Source of the DNA: Candidatus Parvarchaeota archaeon
GTDB lineage: Archaea > Nanobdellota > Nanobdellia > WJKC01
Direction of reading: 5' to 3'
NCBI GenBank assembly: GCA_017608505.1
Contig: JAFCFT010000003.1
Span: 234-64,233, forward strand
DNA: 64,000 bases
Shown: piece by piece, positions 28,376 to 36,704 of the stretch
Layout of the letters: each line of letters opens with the position of its first letter
Position numbering within the stretch: position 1 is the stretch's first letter
The notes under the pieces: model-generated
What the model was told of the DNA's origin: nothing
The model's input: the letters and a program-made list of their open reading frames with translations, nothing else
Databases searched by the model: none
Position numbers and translations under genes: made by a program

Positions 28376-30382
28376 TTGGAAGAGAATTTAAGAGCATTTA
28401 GAGACTTTATAACTAATAATTTTGGCAAAGACATAGCTAAAGCAATAGCAAAAGGAGAAGAATCCTTTTTTATCGACTTTAAGGTGCTTGACTCTCAAGA
28501 GCCAAAGCTTGCTGACGAACTTCTTAACAATCCAAAAGAATTCCTTGAAATGGCAAGAAAAGCGTACGAAGACTTGGGTTTTAATTTGGAGCCAAGATTT
28601 ATTAATTTACCAGAATCCAACACAGTAAAAATAAAAAACATAAGAACAAAACATTTAGGAAAACTAATTCAAATAGAAGGTCTTGTAAGACAAGCTTCTG
28701 AAGTGAGGCCTGCAAGCTCGTCAATAATATTCGAATGTCCTGCATGCGGTCAATTAATAGAAGAAAAACAAACAACAAACAGAGTCAAAGAGCCCAAAAG
28801 ATGCCCGCAATGCGGGCGCAGGGGGAGATTTTCACAGCATGAGAAAGTCTTAGAAGATGTCCAAAAAATTGTCATTGAGGAGGCTCCAGAAATGATGGAA
28901 GGAGGAGAGCAACCCCAAAGAATTAATGTCATATTAAGCAAAGACTTGGTCGACCCTTCAATTGTTTTAAAGACTTGCCCAGGGTCAAGAATACAAGTTG
29001 TTGGAGTTGTCGAAGAAGTGCCTATATATTTAAGAACTGGGGCTAAAAGCACAAGATTTGACATACTTATAAATGCCAATGCCATAAAACCAATAGAGTA
29101 CGAATTTACTGAAATAGAATTAACTGAAGACGACATTGCTAAAATAAAGAAAACTGCAAATGATCCAAGAATCTATGAAAAACTTGTTAATTCAGTCGCA
29201 CCCACAATTTTTGGCAATGAAAAAATAAAAGAGGCTATTGCAATCCAACTATTTGGAGGCGTTAGAAAAGAGAGGGCAGACGGCACTGCTGTAAGAGGGG
29301 ATTTGCACATATTGCTTGTTGGAGACCCGGGCGTCTCAAAAACCCAGATGCTAAAATATGTTTCAACGCTTGCGCCAAAAGCGCGCTATGTGTCTGGAAA
29401 AGGAGCTTCTGGGGTTGGCTTAACAGCATCAATAGTCCGCGATGAGTTTGTTAGGGGCTGGAGCCTTGAAGCTGGCGCATTAGTTCTTGCAAACAAAGGA
29501 ATTGCAATTATTGACGAGCTGGACAAAATGAGCAATGACGACCGCGTTGCAATGCATGAAGCGCTTGAAAGCCAAACAGTAACAATTGCAAAAGCAAATA
29601 TCCATGCAACACTAAATGCGCAGACAAGCGTTCTCGCAGCAGCAAATCCAAAATATTCAAGATTTGACCCTTATGTTCCTGTTCCTGAACAAATTGATTT
29701 GCCTGCAACCCTTATCAACAGATTTGACTTAATATTTCCAATGAGAGACATACCAGACAGAGAAAGGGATGAAAAAATCGCGTTACACATGCTAAATGTC
29801 GCAAGAGAGCCTAAAAAGAACTTAGGCATTTTTAATCAAGAATTCTTGCGCAAATACATAGCGTATGCAAAACAAATTAACCCAAAATTAACTGACTCTG
29901 CAATGAACGAACTAAAAGAATTCTATGTTTCATTGCGAAATAAAAGAGTTATGGGAGAAGACGAAGTTCGCCCAATACCAATAAGCCCCAGGCAATTAGA
30001 GGCTCTAGTCCGCTTAAGCGAAGCATACGCAAGGGTGAGACTCTCAAACAAAGTCACAAAAAAGGATGCTGAACGCGCAATTAGCCTTTTAAAATTCTGC
30101 CTTTCAAAAGTCGGCGTTGACCCAGAGACAGGCGAAATAGACATTGACAGAATAGTTTCTGGAGTCACAGCATCAAAACGCAATAAAATAATGATTATTA
30201 AAGAAGTCATAAAGGAACTTGCAGAAAAATTCGGAGAAAACATTCCAATAACAGACATAATTGAAGAAGCAAGGAACAGAGGCGTCAATGAAGAAACAAG
30301 TGAAGAAATTATTCAGAAAATGAAGAGAGAAGGAGAAATTTTTGAGCCAAAGCACGGGATTATAAGAAGATTGCCAAAATAG
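28376..30382 (+). CDS. mcm: MCM replicative helicase
   Basis: Zn finger CPACG...CPQCG, Walker A LLVGDPGVSKTQ, Walker B IDELDKM, arginine finger SRFDL, C-terminal wH. TTG start. Confidence 0.95.
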   Translation: MEENLRAFRDFITNNFGKDIAKAIAKGEESFFIDFKVLDSQEPKLADELLNNPKEFLEMARKAYEDLGFNLEPRFINLPESNTVKIKNIRTKHLGKLIQIEGLVRQASEVRPASSSIIFECPACGQLIEEKQTTNRVKEPKRCPQCGRRGRFSQHEKVLEDVQKIVIEEAPEMMEGGEQPQRINVILSKDLVDPSIVLKTCPGSRIQVVGVVEEVPIYLRTGAKSTRFDILINANAIKPIEYEFTEIELTEDDIAKIKKTANDPRIYEKLVNSVAPTIFGNEKIKEAIAIQLFGGVRKERADGTAVRGDLHILLVGDPGVSKTQMLKYVSTLAPKARYVSGKGASGVGLTASIVRDEFVRGWSLEAGALVLANKGIAIIDELDKMSNDDRVAMHEALESQTVTIAKANIHATLNAQTSVLAAANPKYSRFDPYVPVPEQIDLPATLINRFDLIFPMRDIPDRERDEKIALHMLNVAREPKKNLGIFNQEFLRKYIAYAKQINPKLTDSAMNELKEFYVSLRNKRVMGEDEVRPIPISPRQLEALVRLSEAYARVRLSNKVTKKDAERAISLLKFCLSKVGVDPETGEIDIDRIVSGVTASKRNKIMIIKEVIKELAEKFGENIPITDIIEEARNRGVNEETSEEIIQKMKREGEIFEPKHGIIRRLPK

Positions 30383-30422
30383 TATACAAATCCTTATAAT
30401 ATCTAAAAAATCTTAAAATAAT

Positions 30423-31043
30423 ATGTTCACGCAAAGGCACACTGCATATAAACTAACAATAAAAGACATAGTGAGCAACCCTTATGTGCAAAGGGAAGGA
30501 GAAGTTGATTATGTCAAAGTAGGCGACTTGCAAGTTGCCAGGGCAAGAATTTTAGCAACAATAGTAAACAAGATGACTTTTGATAACAAAAGCGGTTTTC
30601 TTGTTCTTGACGACGGAACAGAAACAATAAGGGTGCGCGCATGGGAAGACAACTTTGAATTAATTGACAATGCAGTAATTGGAGACCTAATAGAAGTCAT
30701 AGGACGCATAAGACAATACAATGATGAAGTGTACATGACTCCTGAAATCATAAAAAAAGCGACTCCAGACTTTTTTGTCTTAAGAAAGCTTGAATTAAGC
30801 AAAAAAAAGCCTGTTGTTAAAGAAAAAGAAGAGGAAAAAGAGAATGAAAATGAAAATCCATTTGGCAAAGACGAAATGTACGAGCTAATTAAAAAATTGG
30901 ACAAAGGAACTGGCGCAGAACTTAAAAGCATCATAGAAAAGTCAAAGCTTGACAAACAAGAATGCTTAAAAATCATTCGCGAGCTCATGGGTGACGGCTT
31001 AGTATTTGAACCAAAAGCAGAAAAATTCAAGGTTTTAGATTAA
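30423..31043 (+). CDS. OB-fold plus C-terminal winged-helix protein (RPA32/Stn1-like ssDNA-binding candidate)
   Basis: OB-like region ARILATIVNK...LVLDDGTETIRVRAWED...GDLIEVIGRIRQYNDEVYM, then an acidic linker, then wH ELKSIIEKSKLDKQECLKIIRELMGDGLVFEP. Adjacent to mcm. Confidence 0.55.
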   Translation: MFTQRHTAYKLTIKDIVSNPYVQREGEVDYVKVGDLQVARARILATIVNKMTFDNKSGFLVLDDGTETIRVRAWEDNFELIDNAVIGDLIEVIGRIRQYNDEVYMTPEIIKKATPDFFVLRKLELSKKKPVVKEKEEEKENENENPFGKDEMYELIKKLDKGTGAELKSIIEKSKLDKQECLKIIRELMGDGLVFEPKAEKFKVLD

Positions 31044-31091
31044 CGTAAGCCTTAGATAAACTTATAAGAGTTTAATGTTGTAATTTGAAAT

Positions 31092-31805
31092 ATGAAGAAA
31101 AAACTAATTCCTTCTTCTTTTGAGATCATTGAAGAAGCTGCTAAAAGCAATCCTAAAGCAGACATAAATGAAATACATTCAAAAACTTTTGAATTAATCA
31201 AAAAATATAGAAAAGAGTATTATAAAAATAAAGTTAATGCTTTTCTTTCTAGAAAAAGTTTAGCAGGCCTCTCAAAAAAAATAAAAATTAAAATAAAAAG
31301 AGAACTATTAAAACCAATAAAAGTTAAAGACAAAGAATATAGTAATTTTATGGAAGAAGCGTCAAGAAGAATTAGTCAGACGCTACAAGTTATTTCTGGT
31401 AATATAGCAGAATTATGTGTTGAAAGAGAATTAAAAAAAGCTGGATTAAAATTAGGCGTACATTATGTTAAAAGAGCAGAAAGGGCAGATTTCACAGTTT
31501 ATTATCCTCAAAAAGAGAATTTTAAGAAAAAACATAGAATTGAAGTAAAAAATGTCAAACTAAGAGAAAGGGGAACAAGAGGTTTGGCTTTTGATGGTGA
31601 TACAATGATAGGTTTTTTTAATCAACCTTCTGAATTTACTGCCTCTAACATTGAGATTATAGACAAACATTGTAAAAAAACAGGCGGATATTGTTATGTT
31701 CCTCCAAAAACTTTAAAATTAATCAAATATAAAAACACGAGATTTAAATCAAATACTAAATTTGCCAAAGACATGAAGAAGTTTGTTAAAAAAGGTTTTA
31801 TTTAA
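31092..31805 (+). CDS. Candidate type II restriction endonuclease (PD-(D/E)XK-like)
   Basis: AELCVERELKK...ADFTVYY...HRIEVKNVK fits a D...ExK arrangement. Convergent with the adjacent DNA MTase, overlapping it by 8 nt. Confidence 0.45.
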   Translation: MKKKLIPSSFEIIEEAAKSNPKADINEIHSKTFELIKKYRKEYYKNKVNAFLSRKSLAGLSKKIKIKIKRELLKPIKVKDKEYSNFMEEASRRISQTLQVISGNIAELCVERELKKAGLKLGVHYVKRAERADFTVYYPQKENFKKKHRIEVKNVKLRERGTRGLAFDGDTMIGFFNQPSEFTASNIEIIDKHCKKTGGYCYVPPKTLKLIKYKNTRFKSNTKFAKDMKKFVKKGFI

Positions 31806-32667
31806 GGGGTTTCCAAAAATCTAAAATATACTCAAAAGTGGTTCCTAGCGTAATATAGTTGCTTGGCCATCCAAATATGCCTGCGCCATTTATTAAATTT
31901 CTTCTATCCCATATTATAATATTTCTTAATTCATAACCTGCGTTGGTCATGGCTTCAATAACATAAATATGAAGAGGTATTCTTCTATTTTCCCACCACA
32001 AATCTGTTATATTAATAACGCAATGCGCTTTTGGTTTTAATAAAGGCAGGATTTTTTGGTAAATTTTCCCCAACTCTTTAGCATATTTTTTTGGTTCCAT
32101 AGTCCCTAAATCTCGCGGATTATTTGAATATTGTTGAATTTTTTTATATTGATCATTGTATCTTGCTTTTCCCATTAAGCTTTTGTTTAATCTAGGCCTA
32201 TTCAACATATTGGCGTAGGGAGGAGAAGTAACACACAAAGAAACTGTGTTTTTTTCTAAATAATCTGAAATATTTATAGCGTCATCGCATATTGCTATTT
32301 GTTTAGTATCGCATAGTGTTTGTTGAGACAACCTCTTTTTAGCAAAATCCACATACTCTTTTTTTAAATCAAACCCAACTGCATTTCTTCCTGTATCCTT
32401 TGCTGCAACTAAGGTAGTCCCAATACCCATAAAAGGATCTAACACTAATTCTCCTTTGTGTGTAAAAAGTTCTATGCATTTTTTAGGAAGTGCTATTGGA
32501 AAAACTGCAGGATGTATATTTTTATCTCTTATATCTCTGCTTTCGTAATAAAATTCCCAAATTGCAACTTGGTTTTTAAGCCATTCTTTTGCAGTTAAAC
32601 AATTAATATGATTTCGGCTACAATTACAAGTTTTTATATAATTTATATTTAATTTTTTACTTGTCAT
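31798..32667 (-). CDS. DNA amino-methyltransferase (N6-A/N4-C, PF01555-like)
   Basis: HPAVFPIALPKKCI...VLDPFMGIGTTLVAA (motif I region) and CVTSPPYANM (motif IV). ATG at 32667 is preferred, because the track extension to 32736 overlaps a Zn-ribbon ORF in another frame. Confidence 0.85.
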   Translation of the reverse strand: MTSKKLNINYIKTCNCSRNHINCLTAKEWLKNQVAIWEFYYESRDIRDKNIHPAVFPIALPKKCIELFTHKGELVLDPFMGIGTTLVAAKDTGRNAVGFDLKKEYVDFAKKRLSQQTLCDTKQIAICDDAINISDYLEKNTVSLCVTSPPYANMLNRPRLNKSLMGKARYNDQYKKIQQYSNNPRDLGTMEPKKYAKELGKIYQKILPLLKPKAHCVINITDLWWENRRIPLHIYVIEAMTNAGYELRNIIIWDRRNLINGAGIFGWPSNYITLGTTFEYILDFWKPLK

Positions 32668-32812
32668 TTTTATTTCCTCGCATTTTTGGTTTATCCCAAT
32701 AAGGCGACTTACATTTTGGACATACAACAGGGACATCCTCTGTCCTTGTTATCCATTTATGATTACATCTTTCGCATTTGCATTCATAAACTTTAATTTC
32801 TTTTTTACTCAT
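32657..32812 (-). CDS. Small Zn-ribbon protein (51 aa), not in the ORF track
   Basis: Hand translation: MSKKEIKVYECKCERCNHKWITRTEDVPVVCPKCKSPYWDKPKMRGNKNDK. Two CxxC pairs. Its stop overlaps the MTase start region. Confidence 0.5.
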   Translation of the reverse strand: MSKKEIKVYECKCERCNHKWITRTEDVPVVCPKCKSPYWDKPKMRGNKNDK

Positions 32813-32922
32813 TATTTTATATAAAATTATTCTACTTTAAATATTTTATTATAGTTAAATACCACAATCAAGAACCTGTTGAAACACAAGCCTTAAAAAG
32901 CATTAATTGCATTCACAATTCT

Positions 32923-33342
32923 ATGGTTTGGAAATACTCTTACGAAGAACTGCTTAAAAGAGCAAGAAGTCAGCTGCCAGCAATAGTTTTTGAGAAAAAA
33001 AGATTTGAAGTTCCGCGAGTAAAAGGAATGATACAAGGCAATAGAACAATTGTTAACAACTTCAAGGCAATTGCAGATTATATTGCCAGAAAGCCGGAAC
33101 ATCTTATGAAATTCTTATTAAGAGAGCTTGCAACCCAAGGCATACTTGAGGGGCAAAGAGCAACATTTACAGGCAAATTCTCAAGCGCAATATTAAACGA
33201 AAAAATCAATAAATATGTTAATGAATTTGTCAAGTGCGGCGAATGCGGCAAACCAGACACAAAGTTAATTAAAGAAGGAAGACTAACATTCATGAAGTGC
33301 ATGGCATGCGGAAGCAAAAGACCTGTTAGGAGCATAAAATGA
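32923..33342 (+). CDS. eif2b: Translation initiation factor aIF2 beta subunit
   Basis: YEELLKRA..., FEVPRV, NFKAIADYIARKPEHLMKFLLRELAT, Zn ribbon CGECGKPDT...CMACG. Confidence 0.9.
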   Translation: MVWKYSYEELLKRARSQLPAIVFEKKRFEVPRVKGMIQGNRTIVNNFKAIADYIARKPEHLMKFLLRELATQGILEGQRATFTGKFSSAILNEKINKYVNEFVKCGECGKPDTKLIKEGRLTFMKCMACGSKRPVRSIK

Positions 33343-33626
33343 TACTAAATGCAAAAGTTTCTGGAAAAGACTACTTAGTGTGCGTGTGTGACGAGAATTT
33401 GCTAGGCAAAACACTTGTAGAAGGAGATGTTGAAATTAAAATAAGCAGGCAATTTTACGGAGACAAAAAAGCAAGCGAAGAAGAAGTAATACAAGAGCTT
33501 AAAAAAGCAACAATAATAAATGCGTTTGGAGAAGAGTCAGTAAATGCCCTTAAAAAAGTTAAAGATATCTCAAGCACAATATACATCCAAGGAGTTCCTC
33601 ACGCGCAATGGGTAAAACTTTTTTAA
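33339..33626 (+). CDS. DUF424 family protein
   Basis: YLVCVCDENLLGK...EIKISRQFYGD pattern. Conserved position downstream of aIF2-beta. Confidence 0.7.
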   Translation: MILNAKVSGKDYLVCVCDENLLGKTLVEGDVEIKISRQFYGDKKASEEEVIQELKKATIINAFGEESVNALKKVKDISSTIYIQGVPHAQWVKLF

Positions 33627-33650
33627 ATGCATACTAACTAAAGTTTCTTA

Positions 33651-33977
33651 ATGGATGAAGAAGAACAAGAGTTTCGCGAAGGAGAAGAACTAATTAGAGT
33701 CAGGCTCCCAAAAGGCAGGGAAGTCATAGGCATTGTTGTCAAACTGCTTGGAGCTGCCAGAATGGATGTTAGATGCGTTGACGGAAAAACAAGAAGATGC
33801 AGAGTTCCAGGCAGATTTAGGCGAAGGCTGTGGATTAAAGAAGGCAATTTAGTTATTGTTGAACCGTGGGAAATTGAAGGGAATACAAAAGGGGACATAG
33901 TATACAAATACAATAAAACTCAAGAAGGGTGGCTTAGGAAAAAAGGATATCTTCAAAAGCTTGAAGAAGAGTTCTAA
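33651..33977 (+). CDS. eif1a: Translation initiation factor aIF1A
   Basis: S1-like region [57 protein letters not shown]. Confidence 0.9.
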   Translation: MDEEEQEFREGEELIRVRLPKGREVIGIVVKLLGAARMDVRCVDGKTRRCRVPGRFRRRLWIKEGNLVIVEPWEIEGNTKGDIVYKYNKTQEGWLRKKGYLQKLEEEF

Positions 33978-34052
33978 AACCGACGATATTTCGATGCACT
34001 ATTTATTGTTTCTTAACAATTAATTTAAAAAGAGAAATACAATACTAGCGAT

Positions 34053-34865
34053 ATGAAGACGCTGACACTAGATTTAACAAGCAAGTGCAACCTGAACTGC
34101 GAGTACTGCTACGTAAATAGAAAATTAAAAGACATGTCTTTAAAAAAAATAATCAAATTACTAAAACAAGGTGTTGAAAACGGCTTTACGCACTTAATAG
34201 TATCAGGCGGCGAGCCTTTATTAAGACGCGATTTAATAAAGATTTTAAAAACTGCAAAAGAATTGAAATACGCAATTAGATTAAATACTAATGGAACCCT
34301 AATAACAGATGATTTTTGTAAAAAAGTTAAGAACTTAGTTGATGTAATCCAAGTAACAATAGATGGGTCCAAAGACACTCATAACAAATTAAGAAGCAGA
34401 AGCTATGACAAAGCGCTTTTGGGCCTTAAAAAAATCATAAAACATGGCATTAAAGTCTGCGTTGCAACAGTATTATCAAAAGATACTTATAAAGAAATAC
34501 CACACACTATAAAATTGTGCGAAACACTGGGCGTTGACTATTACAGATTAATAAGATTAATACCGCATAAAAAAGAATTAAAAAGCAAAGTAGTCACTAA
34601 AAAAATGAACAAATTGCTAATCAAATACTTAAAAGCTCAAAATAAAGTCAAACCCAAAATATTCTATGAAGGCATATGCACAAACAACTGTCCTGCTGGC
34701 AAAGAGTACTTAGGAGTAAATCCTGACGGCTCAATAGTTCCATGCATCTTTTATCAGAAAATTATTGGCAAGAATTTTAAACAAGCGCAAAAAAGCGATG
34801 CCTTAAAAGAAATATTAAACAATCCTTGCAAAGGTTGCAAAGCGCTTGCATATTACGGAGGTTAA
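34053..34865 (+). CDS. Radical SAM protein with SPASM/twitch-like C-terminus
   Basis: CNLNCEYCY (CxxxCxxC), SGGEPLL. C-terminal Cys-rich CTNNCPAGKEYLGVNPDGSIVPC...CKGC. Confidence 0.85.
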   Translation: MKTLTLDLTSKCNLNCEYCYVNRKLKDMSLKKIIKLLKQGVENGFTHLIVSGGEPLLRRDLIKILKTAKELKYAIRLNTNGTLITDDFCKKVKNLVDVIQVTIDGSKDTHNKLRSRSYDKALLGLKKIIKHGIKVCVATVLSKDTYKEIPHTIKLCETLGVDYYRLIRLIPHKKELKSKVVTKKMNKLLIKYLKAQNKVKPKIFYEGICTNNCPAGKEYLGVNPDGSIVPCIFYQKIIGKNFKQAQKSDALKEILNNPCKGCKALAYYGG

Positions 34866-34871
34866 GGCTTT

Positions 34872-35312
34872 ATGCAAAAATTAAAGACTAAAAAGAAATA
34901 TGACAATTTGTTTGAAGTGACAAAAGACGGCAAGCAGATATTGTGGCTTAATGAAGAACTGTCAAACAAAATAATAAATAATGACTTGTATAAAGCCTTG
35001 CTAACGCAGTTTCAGTATGACAATGGCATAGAAGTAAGACTTAATAACACATACAATGCGCATATCGAAGAAAAATCAAAGCCGCTAGAAATTGAATTAT
35101 TGCGCAACAACACTATTATTGAGGAGCTGCCGCTGAATGATATATATTCAAATTTTTATAAAAAAGCAACGCAAAACACAAGGTTTAGACCTTACAACGT
35201 AAGCTTTAACACATACAAAAACACCCCTTATCCAAAAAGCTCTAAAGCAAGCTACCAATCTTTGGGCGACATTTTCAAAAATTACAAAGGACTCTTTGGA
35301 TGTTGCAGTTAA
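34872..35312 (+). CDS. Hypothetical protein (146 aa) ending in GCCS
   Basis: ORF starts 6 nt after the radical SAM gene. C-terminus ...KGLFGCCS. Confidence 0.4.
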   Translation: MQKLKTKKKYDNLFEVTKDGKQILWLNEELSNKIINNDLYKALLTQFQYDNGIEVRLNNTYNAHIEEKSKPLEIELLRNNTIIEELPLNDIYSNFYKKATQNTRFRPYNVSFNTYKNTPYPKSSKASYQSLGDIFKNYKGLFGCCS

Positions 35313-35352
35313 ACCAAAAATAAGAAAATTAAAGACTTCCTAAAAATAATTC

Positions 35353-36063
35353 ATGGCTAGGAGAAGACCAAGAGAAGAATGGAAAGTAGAGCAAGGCGTA
35401 TTTGACAACACTACGCTGGACGCGCTTTACAAACTGTATCCAAAATACTTTGACAGGCTGCGATTTGTCATTAGCACTGGCAAAGAAGCAGATGTATACT
35501 TAGCCGAGCGCGGAGAAGAAAGGGTTGCAATAAAATTATATAGAATGGTGGCTCGTTCTTACAGAGATATTTACAAATACATTCAAGGAGACCCAAGATT
35601 TGAACATGTGCGCAACAGGATGCGCGATGTCATATTTGCGTGGGCAAAAAAAGAATACAAAAACTTAGAAAGAGCAATGCAGGCAGGCGTAAGGGTCCCA
35701 AAACCAATAGCTGTTGAAAAAAATGCTCTTGTAATGGAGTTCATAGGAGAAGATGACATGCCCGCAACAACAGCAAACAAACTTCCGCCAAAAGACCCTG
35801 CAACATGGCGCAGAAAAATCTATAAATGGGTCCAGGATCTATGGGATAAAGCCAATTTAGTGCATGGCGACTTAAATAAATTCAACATAATGAATTTTAA
35901 TGAGGAGCCAGTAATAATTGACATTAGTCAGGCTGTTTTAAAAGAGCATCCATTAAGCTTGGAATTGCTTAAAAGAGATGTTACAATAATAAGCAACTGG
36001 TTTAAAAAAATGGGTGCAGATGACGGAAGCCTAATAAAATGGCTTAAAGGCGTGATAAAATGA
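35353..36063 (+). CDS. rio1: RIO-type serine protein kinase (Rio1-like)
   Basis: ISTGKEADVYLA, AIKLYR, LVMEFIG, LVHGDLNKFNIM, IIDISQAV. Confidence 0.9.
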   Translation: MARRRPREEWKVEQGVFDNTTLDALYKLYPKYFDRLRFVISTGKEADVYLAERGEERVAIKLYRMVARSYRDIYKYIQGDPRFEHVRNRMRDVIFAWAKKEYKNLERAMQAGVRVPKPIAVEKNALVMEFIGEDDMPATTANKLPPKDPATWRRKIYKWVQDLWDKANLVHGDLNKFNIMNFNEEPVIIDISQAVLKEHPLSLELLKRDVTIISNWFKKMGADDGSLIKWLKGVIK

Positions 36064-36593
36064 GTTATGAATATAAAGTATTAATTCCGAAAGAAAGGGT
36101 TGCAGTCCTTATTGGCGAAAAAGGAAGCACAAAAAAAATGATAGAAAAGCGAACTGGCACAAAATTAATTGTCAAAGAAGAAGAAGTAACAATAATAAGC
36201 GAAGATTCGTACAAAGGCTGGGTCACGCAATCTATAATAAAAGCAATTGGCAGAGGATTTAAGCCTACAAAAGCTTTAATGCTTCTAAATGAAGGCTATG
36301 AACTAGAAATAATAGAAATCATGGATTATGGAAATACAAAAAAAGACAAAGTAAGACTAAAAGGAAGAGTGATTGGAGAAGAAGGCAGGTCAAGAAAATT
36401 TATTGAAAGAGAAACAAGGTGTTTTGTAAGCGTTTATGGCAAGACAGTGAGCATCATAGGGCCCCAAGATAAAATAGGCATTGCAAAAAGGGCTGTTGAA
36501 ATGCTTTTAAGCGGAGCCCAGCACCATACAGTCTATAAATACATCGCAAAAAAGATGAAAGAAATGAAATTAAGAGAAATGGGGCTAATTTAA
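36060..36593 (+). CDS. KH-domain RNA-binding protein (Dim2/Pno1-like)
   Basis: VLIGEKGSTKKMIE and VIGEEGRSRKFIE GxxG KH loops. Overlaps the RIO kinase stop, a conserved pairing. Confidence 0.8.
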   Translation: MSYEYKVLIPKERVAVLIGEKGSTKKMIEKRTGTKLIVKEEEVTIISEDSYKGWVTQSIIKAIGRGFKPTKALMLLNEGYELEIIEIMDYGNTKKDKVRLKGRVIGEEGRSRKFIERETRCFVSVYGKTVSIIGPQDKIGIAKRAVEMLLSGAQHHTVYKYIAKKMKEMKLREMGLI

Positions 36594-36704
36594 GAGTTAA
36601 TTTTTAAAAATCTCTTTATTTTAATATTATTTTTGCAAAATATTTATTGTAGAATATCTATTTTTTCCAAAAACTTTAAAAATACTTGTTAATTCCCTTA
36701 ATTT

